A stretch of DNA of 50,063 nucleotides, the filler included, from Sphacelaria rigidula (Eukaryota): the NCBI GenBank assembly GCA_964200075.2. It is 3 parts of 3 records of this genome, joined end to end, with 100 filler letters (N's around TTAATTAATTAA, not from the genome) between each part and the next. Parts side by side here need not be neighbours in the genome. Positions count along the whole stretch, not along the records: positions 1 to 16,622 come from CAXNAA020001297.1; positions 16,723 to 33,343 come from CAXNAA020001298.1; 1 more part is not named here. One strand, given 5' to 3'. Of the stretch, positions 12,464 through 24,539 are shown in pieces. A model generated the notes under the pieces. It saw nothing but the letters and a program-made list of their open reading frames with translations, did not search any database and was not told the DNA's origin. How positions within the stretch are numbered: the first letter of the stretch is position 1; each line of letters starts with the position of its first letter. A program made the position numbers and the translations under genes.

Positions 12464-13254
12464 GTATCGTCATCGTCCACCCCCCTGACTACGCAAACTT
12501 TCGGAGCTTGCATACTTTGCACACTTCTGCTACACACATAACAAGAAGACTTGTTCGATTTCACGCATGATCGCTTTTTCATGTTATCTGGAATCAAAGC
12601 CTATCCATTCACGTGCCGATGTTCCTCGACTGGGACCAGTTCTATGCTGGTCACGTGATATATTCACTAATTCCGTCCAGTTCAACGATGGTCGAGTGAT
12701 ATTTGAGACCGGCCAAGAGACGGTCACCGGTCACCAGTGTTAAGCCGGCCGTTGTTTCCGTTTATTCATACACGTTTTAATCTCTGCACAATCGTAAATG
12801 ATGACAAATATCACCAGTTTTCGGGGCGTACGTTGCACACTTTACACCTCATTCTCCAGGGCAAATTGCACTACGCTGCAAGGATCACCAACGGCACAGT
12901 GTTGTGTCAGCTTGTACACGCGAAGGAGGCTGGAAGACATAAACTCTCAACAAGTGCACGAATGACGTGATACTGCATCTACCTGAATGCAACATAAACG
13001 TGAAAATATACACCGCAAGAGGAGAGTGAGGCTCAGCGGGCTTGCAGTCGTCGGCATGAGCAACATACGACGAAACCGCTGTTGCTAGTACTTCGAAGTA
13101 TGATATTGCCATCAGCGATCGGTTTGGTCACATCTTCCATGCTCAAGCAACGGGTACAGAGTTGATATCCCTCTCACACAGCACCTGACGAAACAACTCT
13201 ACTTGTCATGTATAGACAAGACACGTATTTATCAGTGCACCAAGAGCATAGCCG

Positions 13255-13442
13255 GCCACCTCGGTGGCTCAGTTGGTGACCGCAAACCCTTCTGACATTA
13301 AGAACGTTGGGCCCGAATCTCGGCAAAGTCAACGATCTCGGATTATCCCTCACATCATGCCCAACAGCGGAGGGCGACTTCGTGGTGGGTACACAAGTTC
13401 GACCCGACGGTCGACGAGGGAACGCGACCACACACTGAACAG
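13255..13442 (+). mobile_element. truncated tRNA-derived SINE (same family as 47846-48209)
   Basis: GGTGGCTCAGTTGGTGACC A-box head. The body (atgcccaacag...gcgact.cgt.gtgggtaca...cgacggtcgacgagggaa) is shared with the copy at 48040-48209. Confidence 0.68.
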
Positions 13443-13444
13443 TA

Positions 13445-13790
13445 AACATTAGACGCTGCAATGGCACTAGGGTCTGCTGCAAGGGCCGCCAACATTGTGG
13501 ACAATAATGGAAATCGATCGATGGATTTCTCTGTCCGTTGTCATCGGTGACGGATTGCGATGGACTTCTTCCCCACCCTATCGCCCGGGCATTAGTTTTC
13601 TGTGGCCCTACAGCGAAAGATACCGAAGCCGACCAAACATATAGATGGATATCCCCTATCATCTATAGCCACACCAGAAATGCAATACACTGTGTATAGA
13701 GTATTGTGGTACACACTGCTTATCGATGGATATCCCTTGTCATCTATTGCCACACCAAAAATGCGATATGCTATGTATATGGAGTATATA
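13445..13790 (+). mobile_element. degenerate repeat related to the left arm of the 10893-12463 element
   Basis: Shares the gtggccct.ca.cgaaa...gccgaccaaa.a.at.gat block with 11050-11100. Internal direct repeat gatggatatccc.t.tcatctat.gccacacca (13644-13760). Confidence 0.5.
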
Positions 13791-13976
13791 CTCCATGAAC
13801 GTACGGAAGGGAGGCCGCAGTTGACGATACGGTGGATATATGGGGGTACCATGGACACTTGTAAAATAGTTTCATCACAATCCGACACATGCGGAACGGT
13901 TGTATGTTGTCGGAGTCCGCAACATGTGTGGACAGATTTTTATGTTTTTTCTTGTTGGTGTGGTGTTGGTACTCAT

Positions 13977-14344
13977 CCGGGTTAAAAAAACTCCACGCGG
14001 GCCTGCGGTGGCGCAGATTATTAGGAAATAGCGGCCGATGCGCAGCTGTTGGGACTGTGTCTCTGCGGCTTGCCGCAGGGAAACATTTGAGGCCGCACTT
14101 TTTTCGCCGGGGGCGTTTTGTTTTTGCTGCCCTCTGTTTTTCGCCACAGGCGAACAAAAATTGGTGTGTGTTTTTTTTCGCCGCGAGGCTCATACCATCG
14201 AAATGGCCCCGTTTTGACAAAACCTAGGCGTCTTTTTGAAAGGAAACCCCCCAAAACAATCGCTCCGCGGGGACCCTCCGGGGAGCCCCGCGAGGGGAGC
14301 GCATGTCGCCTTCGGCGCCCGCCTGCGAAGTTTTTTTAACCCTG
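13977..14344. mobile_element. hAT-derived MITE (368 bp)
   Basis: TIRs CCGGGTTAAAAAAACT / CAGGGTTAAAAAAACT (15/16). 8-bp TSD gtactcat / atactcat. Confidence 0.88.
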
Positions 14345-14763
14345 ATACTCATGGTTCTCCCCATGAGGGACGAGACCGCTTAGAGGACCTATGTGCGTGA
14401 GTGAGATATGCTCATTCCCTGAACAACACACTATGTGCCTATTGATGTCCCTTGTCAGTCAGAGTCGACTGACATCACTGTCTATCGATGGAACTTGGTG
14501 ACAACATACTCGGAACAAGGGACAGAATCAATCACTGCCGCGACATTGGGTTGGCCAAGTCGTTCATCGATATAAGTAAATCAGTCGCGATAGGCTCTGA
14601 ATCGCGTCCAAGCATTCAAAGTTTGCGGTGGATGGACCTAACGTCCACAAAAGCTATTACCCGCTATGGCCTCGGGTAGTTATGTGGGTACAGTTTGTAT
14701 TTGGTGTATTGTCCTTGATGCCGAAAAAACACTGCGGTGGACAATATATGTATATAACTATAT

Positions 14764-15203
14764 CACACCCTGCACGATACAACATATTTTCAATATGTAT
14801 TAGTCGACCATATCGGAACTCTGCGATATATCGCCGGCGTAATTATATTGGTACCCTTGGACTGCACACGTATTGCGCGCCCAATATATACTGGTACTGT
14901 GGGGTTGAACACATATTGTCCCATTAATATATATTGGGGCAGCGCGGGCGACAGCATATTGCACGACCAATATATATATTAGGGTCGCATCGGTGAGAAC
15001 ATATTGACCGGTCAATATATATTGGGTCTGCGTGGGTGCCAATATATTGACCAGTCAATAACTCATGGATATTATAAGTATGGTGTACGCTATAACAAAG
15101 ACTCAGACGCGATGGATGCCAGAGCCCGTGCAGATTGGGAAAAGCTTTAAAGGTAGCCGCAGAAGTTCGCTTGCATTACTACGAAGATTTGTCGAATGCG
15201 TTG

Positions 15204-15210
<7 letters not shown>
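14764..15210 (+). mobile_element. non-autonomous DNA transposon fragment; inverted copy of 3140-3590
   Basis: Starts CACACCCTGCACGATACAA and shows long similarity to the reverse complement of 3140-3590. Confidence 0.7.
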
Positions 15211-15236
<26 letters not shown>

Positions 15237-16384
15237 CTGGTCAGACAATATGGTGACAGGTATATATGGTTCCTAATACCCATCTCGTCACCGGTGCGGG
15301 GCCGCCCATCCCCTTCTCAGCATCTAACAAATATATCTTGGCTAAACATCATGATGACAGAAAACGCGGGTCGATAGGCGCCTTTTGGTACCCCTGTGGT
15401 CAACGGGGCTGTGTTGCTTATGCCCTGGACATTACAGTATAGTCCAATATGATAGCAATATTTTTATTGGAACTAGCGCAAATATTGTCCTTTCAATATA
15501 TATCGTGTTGAGATGTTCTCGGAGACATTGAAGCAACAGCATATATTGCTCGTGCCATGATCATGAAAAAACGTATGACAATATATGTTGGACATGCATT
15601 TGCGCCGGAAAAAACATTCAATATATATTGTGCATGCCAAACACACGATTATCCTACCAGGTCCGAACAGCTGACAACCACCAGCAGGGCCGGCAGTGGC
15701 CATATCAGGCTGGCAAGCTGAAATTAGGCTTTTACTTATTATGCTAGTAAAGTCTAGTAAAGTCATTTTTTTATGCTAGTAATCTCACCAACAGTTATGC
15801 TCGAAACGTGGAATTTATGCTCGATTTATACTCGGATTTTCCAAAAACAATATGCTCGATTCATGGTCGCAAAGTGAAGGATCGGACACAGACCCACCGA
15901 TCACTAGTAATAATTGCTATCATCATGTTCGTCACATTTTTAGCTCGATCTCTCGAACCCCTGGTCACAGAGTGGAAGGAACATACCACTCATACCCATA
16001 TATCAAGCAGCCCGTAGAGGAACGCAAGCAAACCATCTACACGAAAAAGAGCACACTACTGTGTACGCATGTTTTATATATACGAAGTACTGCCTATACC
16101 TGCATTAGTACGATTGAATGCCGTATTTTCTGGTTGTCGTACACGGTGCTCTCTGTGCTGCATCTTGTGCGATATGCCGCCCCCTAACTGCCGTATAGAC
16201 AGGACATGTGACAGGCAACCTGCTGATTAGGATGTCCATCACAATCTGGCACAATGAGTGTACATTGTACGCAGTTTTTCACCACACTCAAAATGACAAG
16301 TAACGAAATCACATGATGTCTTCGCTCGTCGCCTGTCTCCTGTCGAGGAACTCGTGTCCAAGGACAACGACAAAAAAAAGCTGA

Positions 16385-16545
16385 CATTCGATTGATGAAT
16401 GATCATTAGATTGATTGTCTCGCATGAACCGATGCCTTCTAATCCAGCCGAGGTCGCAAGATGGGTACAACCCAGGGCAAAAAGGGGCAAAAAAGGAAAC
16501 ACAGAAAGATGTAGAAATTGGGGAAAATACTGGAGTACACAAGAC
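16385..16545 (-). mobile_element. decayed non-LTR retroelement 3' tail ending in degenerate (CAAT)n
   Basis: Minus strand ...gtacccatc...cggctggat...gacaatcaatc resembles the tails at 22141, 27125 and 27702. Confidence 0.45.
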
Positions 16546-16622
16546 TTAACCCTTTTGGACTGAAGATCACCAACACCACGTTCACGACGTGTTAGTAAAA
16601 TAATAATAAACAAGTCTGGGAC

Positions 16623-16722
16623 NNNNNNNNNNNNNNNNNNNNNNNNNNNNNNNNNNNNNNNNNNNNTTAATTAATTAANNNNNNNNNNNNNNNNNNNNNN
16701 NNNNNNNNNNNNNNNNNNNNNN
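16623..16722. other. artificial contig linker N44-TTAATTAATTAA-N44
   Basis: 100-nt spacer whose core has stop codons in all six frames. Identical to 33344-33443. Confidence 0.97.
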
Positions 16723-16822
16723 CATTCAGCGGATGACGACGAATTTTGATGTGGGTATCTATCGTCTTCTCCCCTTGCTCCAGAGAATGTCCACATCAAA
16801 ATTCGTCGTCATCCGCTGAATG
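16723..16822. repeat. perfect 32-bp inverted repeat with 36-nt loop
   Basis: cattcagcggatgacgacgaattttgatgtgg (16723-16754) is the exact reverse complement of 16791-16822. Confidence 0.9.
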
Positions 16823-18512
16823 CATCGATCGGGGCTTTCATAGAGATTTTTGTTGGAAGCCTCCGTTATGTATAGGAATTAGGAAAATACTAGACATGGG
16901 GTTTAATCAAGGAGAAAATGTGGGCCCAAACTTTTGAGCAGATGGGCACATTCCCCTTGGTTAGCCGATTAATACGATATGCGGGTCACGGCCCAACTCG
17001 TCTGTGTAGATGAGATATTGCGTTTAGAGGAAATCCGCTTTTAGGCTGGCCCAGCTCGTATAATCAACGCATCTTGCAAGTGTAGCGCGGAGGCTGTGTT
17101 CCTCGTGCTGTGCTCTGCACTGGCTGCCGTTGTGGGCTCTTTGCCGTGCAGTGCATACGGCGAAGCCATGTCGTGCCTGGCAGCTGGGCCACACACTTCG
17201 GTCGCAACTTGGCTTTTTTTATGCTTCATCCAGATGCGGGTGATATGGTACACGAGCGAGTAATCTACCTGAGCTCCTGTACTCTTGTCTGTGCTCGTGT
17301 TCTATTCGATTTAGTATGAAAACTGGCACTCAATTGTTGCGGCTGGCTGTCTTCAACCAGAAAAGCCAGCACCCAGGGCTGCGTTTTGTCTGCCGCGAAG
17401 AGGGCAAGCTCAAAATGATATTCGACACTGCATAGGTATCCTGTATCATCGTGGGTCGCTCACCACCACTTCGTAGATCGAGCAGCGATCGAGCGAGGAG
17501 GAGTGAAAAAGCCGAAGATATTTGATACTTTGACACAAAATACCGGGGGCAACCGATCCAAAATTGAGTGACCAATGTTTCCTGTCGCAAGGCGCAGTGC
17601 AGACACACAGTGAAGCAGACGGGGTACACTCAGTGATGCGGTTGCATTGCTGCTGTTCTCTGCCGTGTGTGTATATACACGGGCACAAAAGCTACGACTC
17701 TTTACGTTCACCACGTCCGCTGGCGTCTACTTCCAAACGGTAACATAGAGGATGATGAACTGGAGATCTCCTTGGGCGGGCAGCCAACAGCAACTAATCA
17801 GTGTAAATCACGGATCCACGCTCATCACGGCAAACCGAGTTTGGATATACTGTACATGTTCCTGTGACTTCTTCCTCATTTACCGAGGCATCAAGAAGCC
17901 TTCCGCTTGTTCCAAGGGACAGTGTTCGCTCAAGAGTACTTACCGAGCGATGTTTAATCTATACTATGACTGGTGTCCCGTCCATACGAGCTGCAGGCAC
18001 TCGGGTGGTGTACATCTCGCATTCATCAGCGCACCCAACAAATCGTGCAGCCGGCAATGGCGCCGAAGCCAACGACCAAATCCTACACTATAGTTAGTTG
18101 TCTGTGTGAATCCCCTCAATCTCATCACTCATCACTCTCATGTTTTTGCGCACCGAGGCCGCACTCTTGACTGAAGTGTGGTGGGCTGAAACTTCTACGA
18201 CAGAATGCACAGATGAATAATTTGTACCCGCCTTCGATGCAGAAGAACTCATACCATTGGTCGCACGGTACTGCGCTGTACGGCGGTAGAGGGGATCACC
18301 ATCCGTGGCAATGTGCTCGAGTATTCGAAATCGGGTGATCAAAATTCTATAAAAGAGCCAGCATGTACGACTCGTACCAGTGTGTGGATATGTGAATGTC
18401 GGGGTACCCCCACATAAGAGAACACCTACCTGCCCAAGAACTATGGGGTATGATATCTCAATTCGTCTCGACGTCCTGGGCGTGGGTCTTAGGTACCCTC
18501 TGCCAAGCTGCG

Positions 18513-18820
18513 ATGATCATGAAGGCTTCACAGGCTGTTCTGTTGACATTCCTGTCGGGACTTCTGTGCGTATTGGTGCATGGGTTTGTCGCTGTCTCGC
18601 CACGTCTGTCGTCGTCAGCACAGGCTGCCCATTGTCGTCGGTTACGCACGGCACATGATGGTGGTGGGTTGGTACGAAACAGATCTCGACGTGTCGAAAC
18701 GAACATGTTTTTTGGAGGCTTGTCGGGGGCGGGGGCAATGCCCAAGCTGTACGACGGCTGGTTCAAGAAGACGGGGCAAATACAGAAGGACATCGTGGCT
18801 TGCACCAAGTCCGCCTTGAA
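18513..18820 (+). CDS. exon 1 of plastid-targeted DUF1995-like protein (bipartite signal + transit peptide)
   Basis: MIMKASQAVLLTFLSGLLCVLVHG|FVAVSPRLSSSAQ...: hydrophobic signal peptide with F at +1, then an S/A/R-rich transit peptide. Ends ...IQKDIVACTKSALK with an AA|gtgaga donor (phase 2). Confidence 0.85.
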
Positions 18821-19591
18821 GTGAGAGCTTGTGTTCAGCGTTGTGTTCTGAGGAATGATGGGTCTTGCGTGCACAGCAAGCAGCTGCAAGGAAGTACACG
18901 TATCATCCCACTCGAATCTGTCGACGAATTGTCCGATACAACAGTCAGTATATTACCGTCATTACAAAAGTTCGACAGCAGTCAGTTTTATAGTAGCTTC
19001 CACGGCCGAACCGTCACGATGCACTCATTGCGGAGTTAGTAGTAGATTGAGTCTGTACAACCCGCGCACCTCCTAACCAGATAGTTCGAGCAGTACGTTC
19101 TGTAGGTAAGCCTCGCATCTTAGCACCGCAATACTATGGCCAGACCCTCACCCTCCCGTCAAACTTCTCCTGCGCGATATTCAATACTATCGCCCGTTCA
19201 TGATACAAGATACTTTACTGTACTGTACACCGATATACGTTTCGTGAAACGTCATACTTGTTCTTGAAACGTCATAATTTCATAATTTCGGCGGGGGGTA
19301 CAGAGGGGGGAAGGGCGGGCGGCGGGGCTCCTGAACTGACCATATTATCTTGCCCCTGTCCCGAAAAAACTACATCAACCAAGAAAAAACAGAGTCAACC
19401 CAATCCAATCCCATCCACCTGTATAGTCATACTACTGGGGTCCGTAAAAGGCGAATCCCGAATTTGACGTCCCCCTATCTCCCCACGAGTACAGGTCGAG
19501 ATTCGCCATAAAACTACTTTAGCACATTTGTTTCGATCGAAAAAAAAGTGCGGTGGAATTGATTCGAGCGAACTCGTTCATTTTGCATCAG

Positions 19592-19778
19592 GACTGGCAA
19601 ACCGGTGGAGGTTTGCTTTTTTCCCGTCCCCAATATAGACGAAGTGGCGTTTGGCACCGCTACGAATAAAGCGTTCGGAATTGAAGTCGCGGCGGACTTG
19701 GGAATGGGAGAGTACAAGCCTGGATCCACGATCCGGACGTACCTCGTGGCGTACAGCAACGTGTATTGGGCAAAAAAG
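19592..19778 (+). CDS. exon 2 of DUF1995-like protein (TGKPVEVCFFPVPNIDEVAFGTATNKAFG...NVYWAKK)
   Basis: ttttgcatcag| acceptor in matching phase 2 and AAG|gtacgt donor. The 'SALKTGKPVEVCFFPVP' motif resembles the AL.dG...EV.FP start of DUF1995. The exon is confident, the family assignment less so. Confidence 0.82.
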
Positions 19779-20266
19779 GTACGTACACCAATGGGTGGTA
19801 GACCTTTGAGAGACTGGATCACACTTGAAATATTTTTGCTCAAAGGCCCAAATTTGGTGAAAGGAGGGGAAGGAGGGGGAACAATATGATGAGCAAGATT
19901 TGGAGGAAGACCCATGGCGCAGAGATACAGATCGATTGGACGGATTCCTAGATGTCGGCTATTGACGGTGTGTCGGAAGTCCATTGCTTGCTGACGATGA
20001 AAGGCTTCCTCGCCATGGTTCATTTCTCAGGATTCTCACTGCTGGATCCTCTCACTAATATGCGGAACTGCGACCAACCGTTCGTATCTCACACCACTAC
20101 GCACTACTTACTCCCTGCTGCTCCTGCGTCAATTCGCATGTGAATATCACGCGACGAATTTTGGGTACATTATCAGACGAGTAGAAGATATGTTGTGTTC
20201 AGCACGCGTTCAGCACGAGAAAATCGGCTATCAAACAACATGACAATGAGAAGATTGCAAGGTTGT

Positions 20267-20545
20267 GTCCTATACGGTACGGTTTTTTGCATACCCGGGG
20301 TATTTTCCCGGGTATTTATGGTACCCGACAGTTCTGTAGCCTCTGTCAAGACTTTCATATCCTTACCCGATAGTTCTGTGAGCTCTGCAGCCCCCCCCGT
20401 ACCATTACCGGGGGGACAGTCTGCTCTTGATAAGATACCCAGTTTCAGGTACGGTTTTCTGTGCAACCTCCATACCCCACCGACAGTTTCTGCGAGCTCT
20501 GCAAGCATCGGGCAAATCATTACCTGTGTCACCCGGGTTATACAG
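20267..20545 (+). repeat. dispersed repeat built of ~42-bp TACCCGACAGTTCTGT...GACTTTCATA units (copy 1 of 3)
   Basis: The same motifs recur at 23985-24320 and 26640-27060 in the same orientation. Confidence 0.75.
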
Positions 20546-21709
20546 GTTGAGTGTGAACACGATTGTGGAGACGATTCGGATTTACAGTGAAACTAGTTAT
20601 GAAACGTTTTCCGCGTTCCGGGTATCATCGATCACAAGGGGGGTATCTTGCACGAGTCATGAGGGTATCACAGGTTGTCATCGGCGTTTTGACAACACCT
20701 AGTAAGATTACACAGATGTATCTAAGGAGGAGATGTACGATAAAAACGGAGTATACTTATCCCTTTTGGAAATCCTAGTAAAAGCAACTCAGGTCAAACA
20801 GATCACCATCAAGCAGACTTAAACGAATCACACGGGTCGTACAGATCATTCATCAAGCCATGTGTACAGAGCAACTGGGTCCTTCAGGTTACCAGCCGAG
20901 AAATGCATATAGGTCAAACGGGTCATGCAGATATCAGATCACTCGCAGATCGCAAACGCCATACGGCTGATTGTCGAGCGAGCTCGCGGGAGTCACCCGT
21001 GCTTCATTGACACCGGCCATGTACACGTTGATGGCTTCTCCCCGGAATTTTTGGTCAGATGCTGGCCGAAAAGCGTAGTGTGTGTCATTTGAGCATAGAG
21101 CTAAAGCGGTCCTTCCTTTTCCAGCCGCATACGAGTGCGCACCCGGAACGAGAAAATACGAAAACAATCGTTCATACTGCCGCTGGTACAACTATATGAA
21201 GGAATGAAGTCACTAGGGCACCAACTTAATGTTCCATATTGTACTCGGCTTCCGAATTTGTGCATGAATAAAAGCCCTGCACACAGGGCAGGTGTGTGGG
21301 GGGGGGAAGCATTTTTCCAAGATGCCAATCACCGCGAATGTAAGTGCTCACGAAGAAAAACTGACAACGCCAACTGGCAGTACCCTAGTTCCCTGTCAGC
21401 CAATCTGTTGGCTACTTACTTCCCTCGCCTCGAGGATATCCTCGAACCCTCACCCTATAAAGTACTATATAGTACACGATGTTCAGTATTTTCAACACAA
21501 GCAGACGATAGGATGTTGAGGACATCTGTCGTTCCGGCCTTTCTTCTTCTTCTTTTCACATGCATTTTCAGGACCTGAAAGAACGAAAAACAAAGAAATC
21601 CTCGTATTTCGACAACTCGGCCACGGCAGAATGATATCGTACTATTGTTCATTCGCTCGGATCATCGCCATTTTTTGGTTCCCTCTCTCCACATGAAGCA
21701 GGACATATT

Positions 21710-22520
21710 TCGGCTCGGGTATGAGGCATTCTATATTTTTCCGTGATGGAGATAGTAAATATCTCTCCTCGCGAATGAGACATCTCTCCTGTGGATGAGG
21801 CGTCACATATATCTTCTCGTGAGGCATTGTATCGCTTCTCATGGGCAAGGCATGAAATATCTCCCGTGTGAATGGGATATCAGATATTTCTTCTCGTGGA
21901 TGAGGCAATGTATCTCTTCTCGCGGACGAGGTATCAGGTATCTTCTCTCGTGCTTGAGGCGTCACATCTCTTCTCGTGAATGAGCCATCCGATATTTCGT
22001 GAAATAGATGAGGCATGATATCTCTTTTCGACAATGAGGCATCCTCTATTTTGTCTCGTGGATGAGGCATAGATATTTCGTCTCATGGATGAGGCATTGT
22101 ATCGCATTATATATTTTCTCGTTGATGAGGCATCAGATCTTGATTTGATTTTGATTGATTGATTGTCGCACTTGAATTGACCCCCCAGGTAGTCATGATC
22201 CAGCCGTGTTCACATGATGGACGTACCCAAGAAAAACTAAAACTGAAACACCTCGCTGAAGAAAAAGAAGGGACAGAGAAAAAGTCGAACAGAACGACAT
22301 AGTAGACTAAGACTTGGAAAAAAGCGAGTAAAAAAGTCAACAAAAGCAAAAGCACAGGAAGGAATGGTCGATCTGGTATGTAAACGAGGCATTATTTCTC
22401 GTCTCGTGGATGAAGCATCAAATATCTCTTCTCGTGATCGAGGCAGTAGATATTTCTTTTCTTGGATGAGACGCTGTATCTCCTCTCGTGAATGAGGCAT
22501 CAGACATGTCTTCTCACCTA
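21710..22520. repeat. 26/28-bp minisatellite (TCTCGTGGATGAGGCAT core) interrupted by a retroelement tail at 22141-22385
   Basis: Many tandem degenerate TGAGGCAT-containing units, with partly alternating 26- and 28-bp lengths. Confidence 0.85.
22141..22385 (-). mobile_element. non-LTR retroelement (LINE/SINE) 3' end with (CAAT)n tail
   Basis: Strong similarity to 27702-27910 (gattgattgtcg.actt.aa.tg.ccccag...ccagccgtg...gacgtaccca...gtcgaacagaacgacatag.agact). Confidence 0.72.
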
Positions 22521-23984
22521 TTCGGAGGGGATATCTCTACTCGATGACGCCCTTCGAAAGCACAGGGTGGGCGGGCGGGGAAACGATGCAACTCCTCGCA
22601 GAATCCTCGCAGTGCTACAGTACGGTGTTCCGGGTGTATCACCTTCGACACTCGCCCTGCCTGCAATCGAACAGTGAGCTGGCTGAATGTTCAGGCCGCC
22701 GTTCTGCACGCCTGCTACTACGTCTGCCTACCACTCTCTCAGCAGCATGCTGAGTGTCAATCGTTTCATTGTTCGGTATCACCGGCACAGACGTTCCAAG
22801 CCCTGAGCCTTTCAGGTTCTGTTCGGCGTTCGTCATCTCACCTGTATCATGATTCATGTGTGTATTCTATTGGATTCAAGTGGGTGACTAGAAACTAGTT
22901 CGCTCCCACAAAACGCATATTCCCTTGGTTGGGAATATTCCGCGTGCCCTGGTTGTTACAGTAAAGCTGCGGTACTGTGAACATGCACCATGTACCCGGG
23001 TCGTGTAGGTTTGCAGGTGAGGATTACTGAAAACTGTTTCTTGTACACTGAACTCGGATTCCATAGGTGGGGGTGGCTTGTGGTATTCATGAAATTCAAA
23101 TCACACGGGTCGGCGAGAAGCTGCTGCGTTTGAATGAGCCAAGTTATATACTTCCTCTGTCCCATCAGTCTGGGAGCTTATGTTTGTGGGACCCCTTGAC
23201 CGTATCCGAGGTGATTTTATTTTTTATTTGTATTCTTGACTGTTTTTTTCGTCAAAATCATGTTTTGTGTTTTCAGTTGGTGCTTGAACCATGCGGTCGA
23301 ACGGCCGAAAAAAGACAGTCAGTCCAAAAATGGCCGTATTTCGCCCCTTTGGCCCATCAAGCCCTTGGGCACCCTCAACTTGCCCGGCGGAATAGCCAGC
23401 GCAACCTCCACCGTAATTGCAATGCGGCGGTTCAATTATAGCTCGACATCCTTACGGTGGGATGGAGGGGTACTTGGAGGCACACCCATCGTTTGTGTTG
23501 TCTGGTGGCTAAGTGTGGGGCGGTAAACACGAATTCTCCCAAAAAATCTAAAAAATGTGCCAAAAATGGGTATATATTTGGCATAATTATAGTGCAGCAT
23601 TAACAGCTAACTCGTTTTTTTTTCATCAGCTTCGTTTGCGGTTTACCTTTTTTAACGAACCCAACTATAGGATGATCGTCAACGTTGGAATATACCCAAA
23701 CGATTAATCGCCCATAAGTTCCTAGACTTCAGGGACAGAGGAATTGCCGTAGATGACAACCATGTGATGTTGTACAGATGACACAGTTCTGCAGATCAGT
23801 TTTACATGAACGTTTGTGTGCGAAGCGGGTCATACAGCTCGTCACTCGGTATATATCCACGGTTCGAATGGGTCCTACAGATCTCCATCGGACAAACGTG
23901 CATGGGTGACATCACACCTCGGACAGGTCACGATATATGTCCCAAATGAGCCGACCCGGATCTGTCACGATCTGATCCATCCGA

Positions 23985-24320
23985 CTTGTGGAGTTCTGTA
24001 CGCTTCCCATACCCTTACCCAACGGTTTTGTGAGTTCTGTACAGAATGTTAAACCTTACCCGGGGCGCGGGTATACCCTTGACAAAATATCCGGTTTCCG
24101 GTACGGTTTTCTGTAAGCCTCCCATACCGGTACCCGACAAGTTTCTGTGAAATCTGGAAGACTTTCATACCGGTACCTGACAGTTGTGTAATTTCTGCAT
24201 GACTTTCATACCCCTACCCGACAGTTTTGTGGGCTCTGTAAGCCAACCTACCCCGGTTCGGGTATATGCCGTTGTAGATATACCCGATGCAGGTACGAGC
24301 ACAGGTATATACCTCGGTGA
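23985..24320 (+). repeat. dispersed ~42-bp-unit repeat (copy 2 of 3)
   Basis: tacccgacaagtttctgtg...gactttcataccgg units and a cggtacggttttctgt block shared with the other copies. Confidence 0.75.
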
Positions 24321-24539
24321 GGTATGGATAAAGGTTCAATCCAATCCCAACCTCATGACCTGAACATGTACCTCACACCAGTCATCCCACCCACCTCCTT
24401 CACTCAACATTGCACACCCACTACTCGAAGTTGTTAAGTTCGTAATCTGGCGGAGCACGAGGTACTGCTGAGTGGGAACACGAAACCTGAGCAGCACTGC
24501 AGACCGTCAGGATCGGTGTCACCCCCAGCCTCGAGTGAT

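Noticed and set aside
16667..16678. TTAATTAATTAA as a biological motif or PacI site
   Set aside because: It is the centre of an artificial linker that is repeated identically at 33388-33399.
21642..22070. 142-aa repeat-protein ORF
   Set aside because: It is a read-through of the 26/28-bp minisatellite. The unit lengths are not multiples of three, and it lies antisense in an intron.
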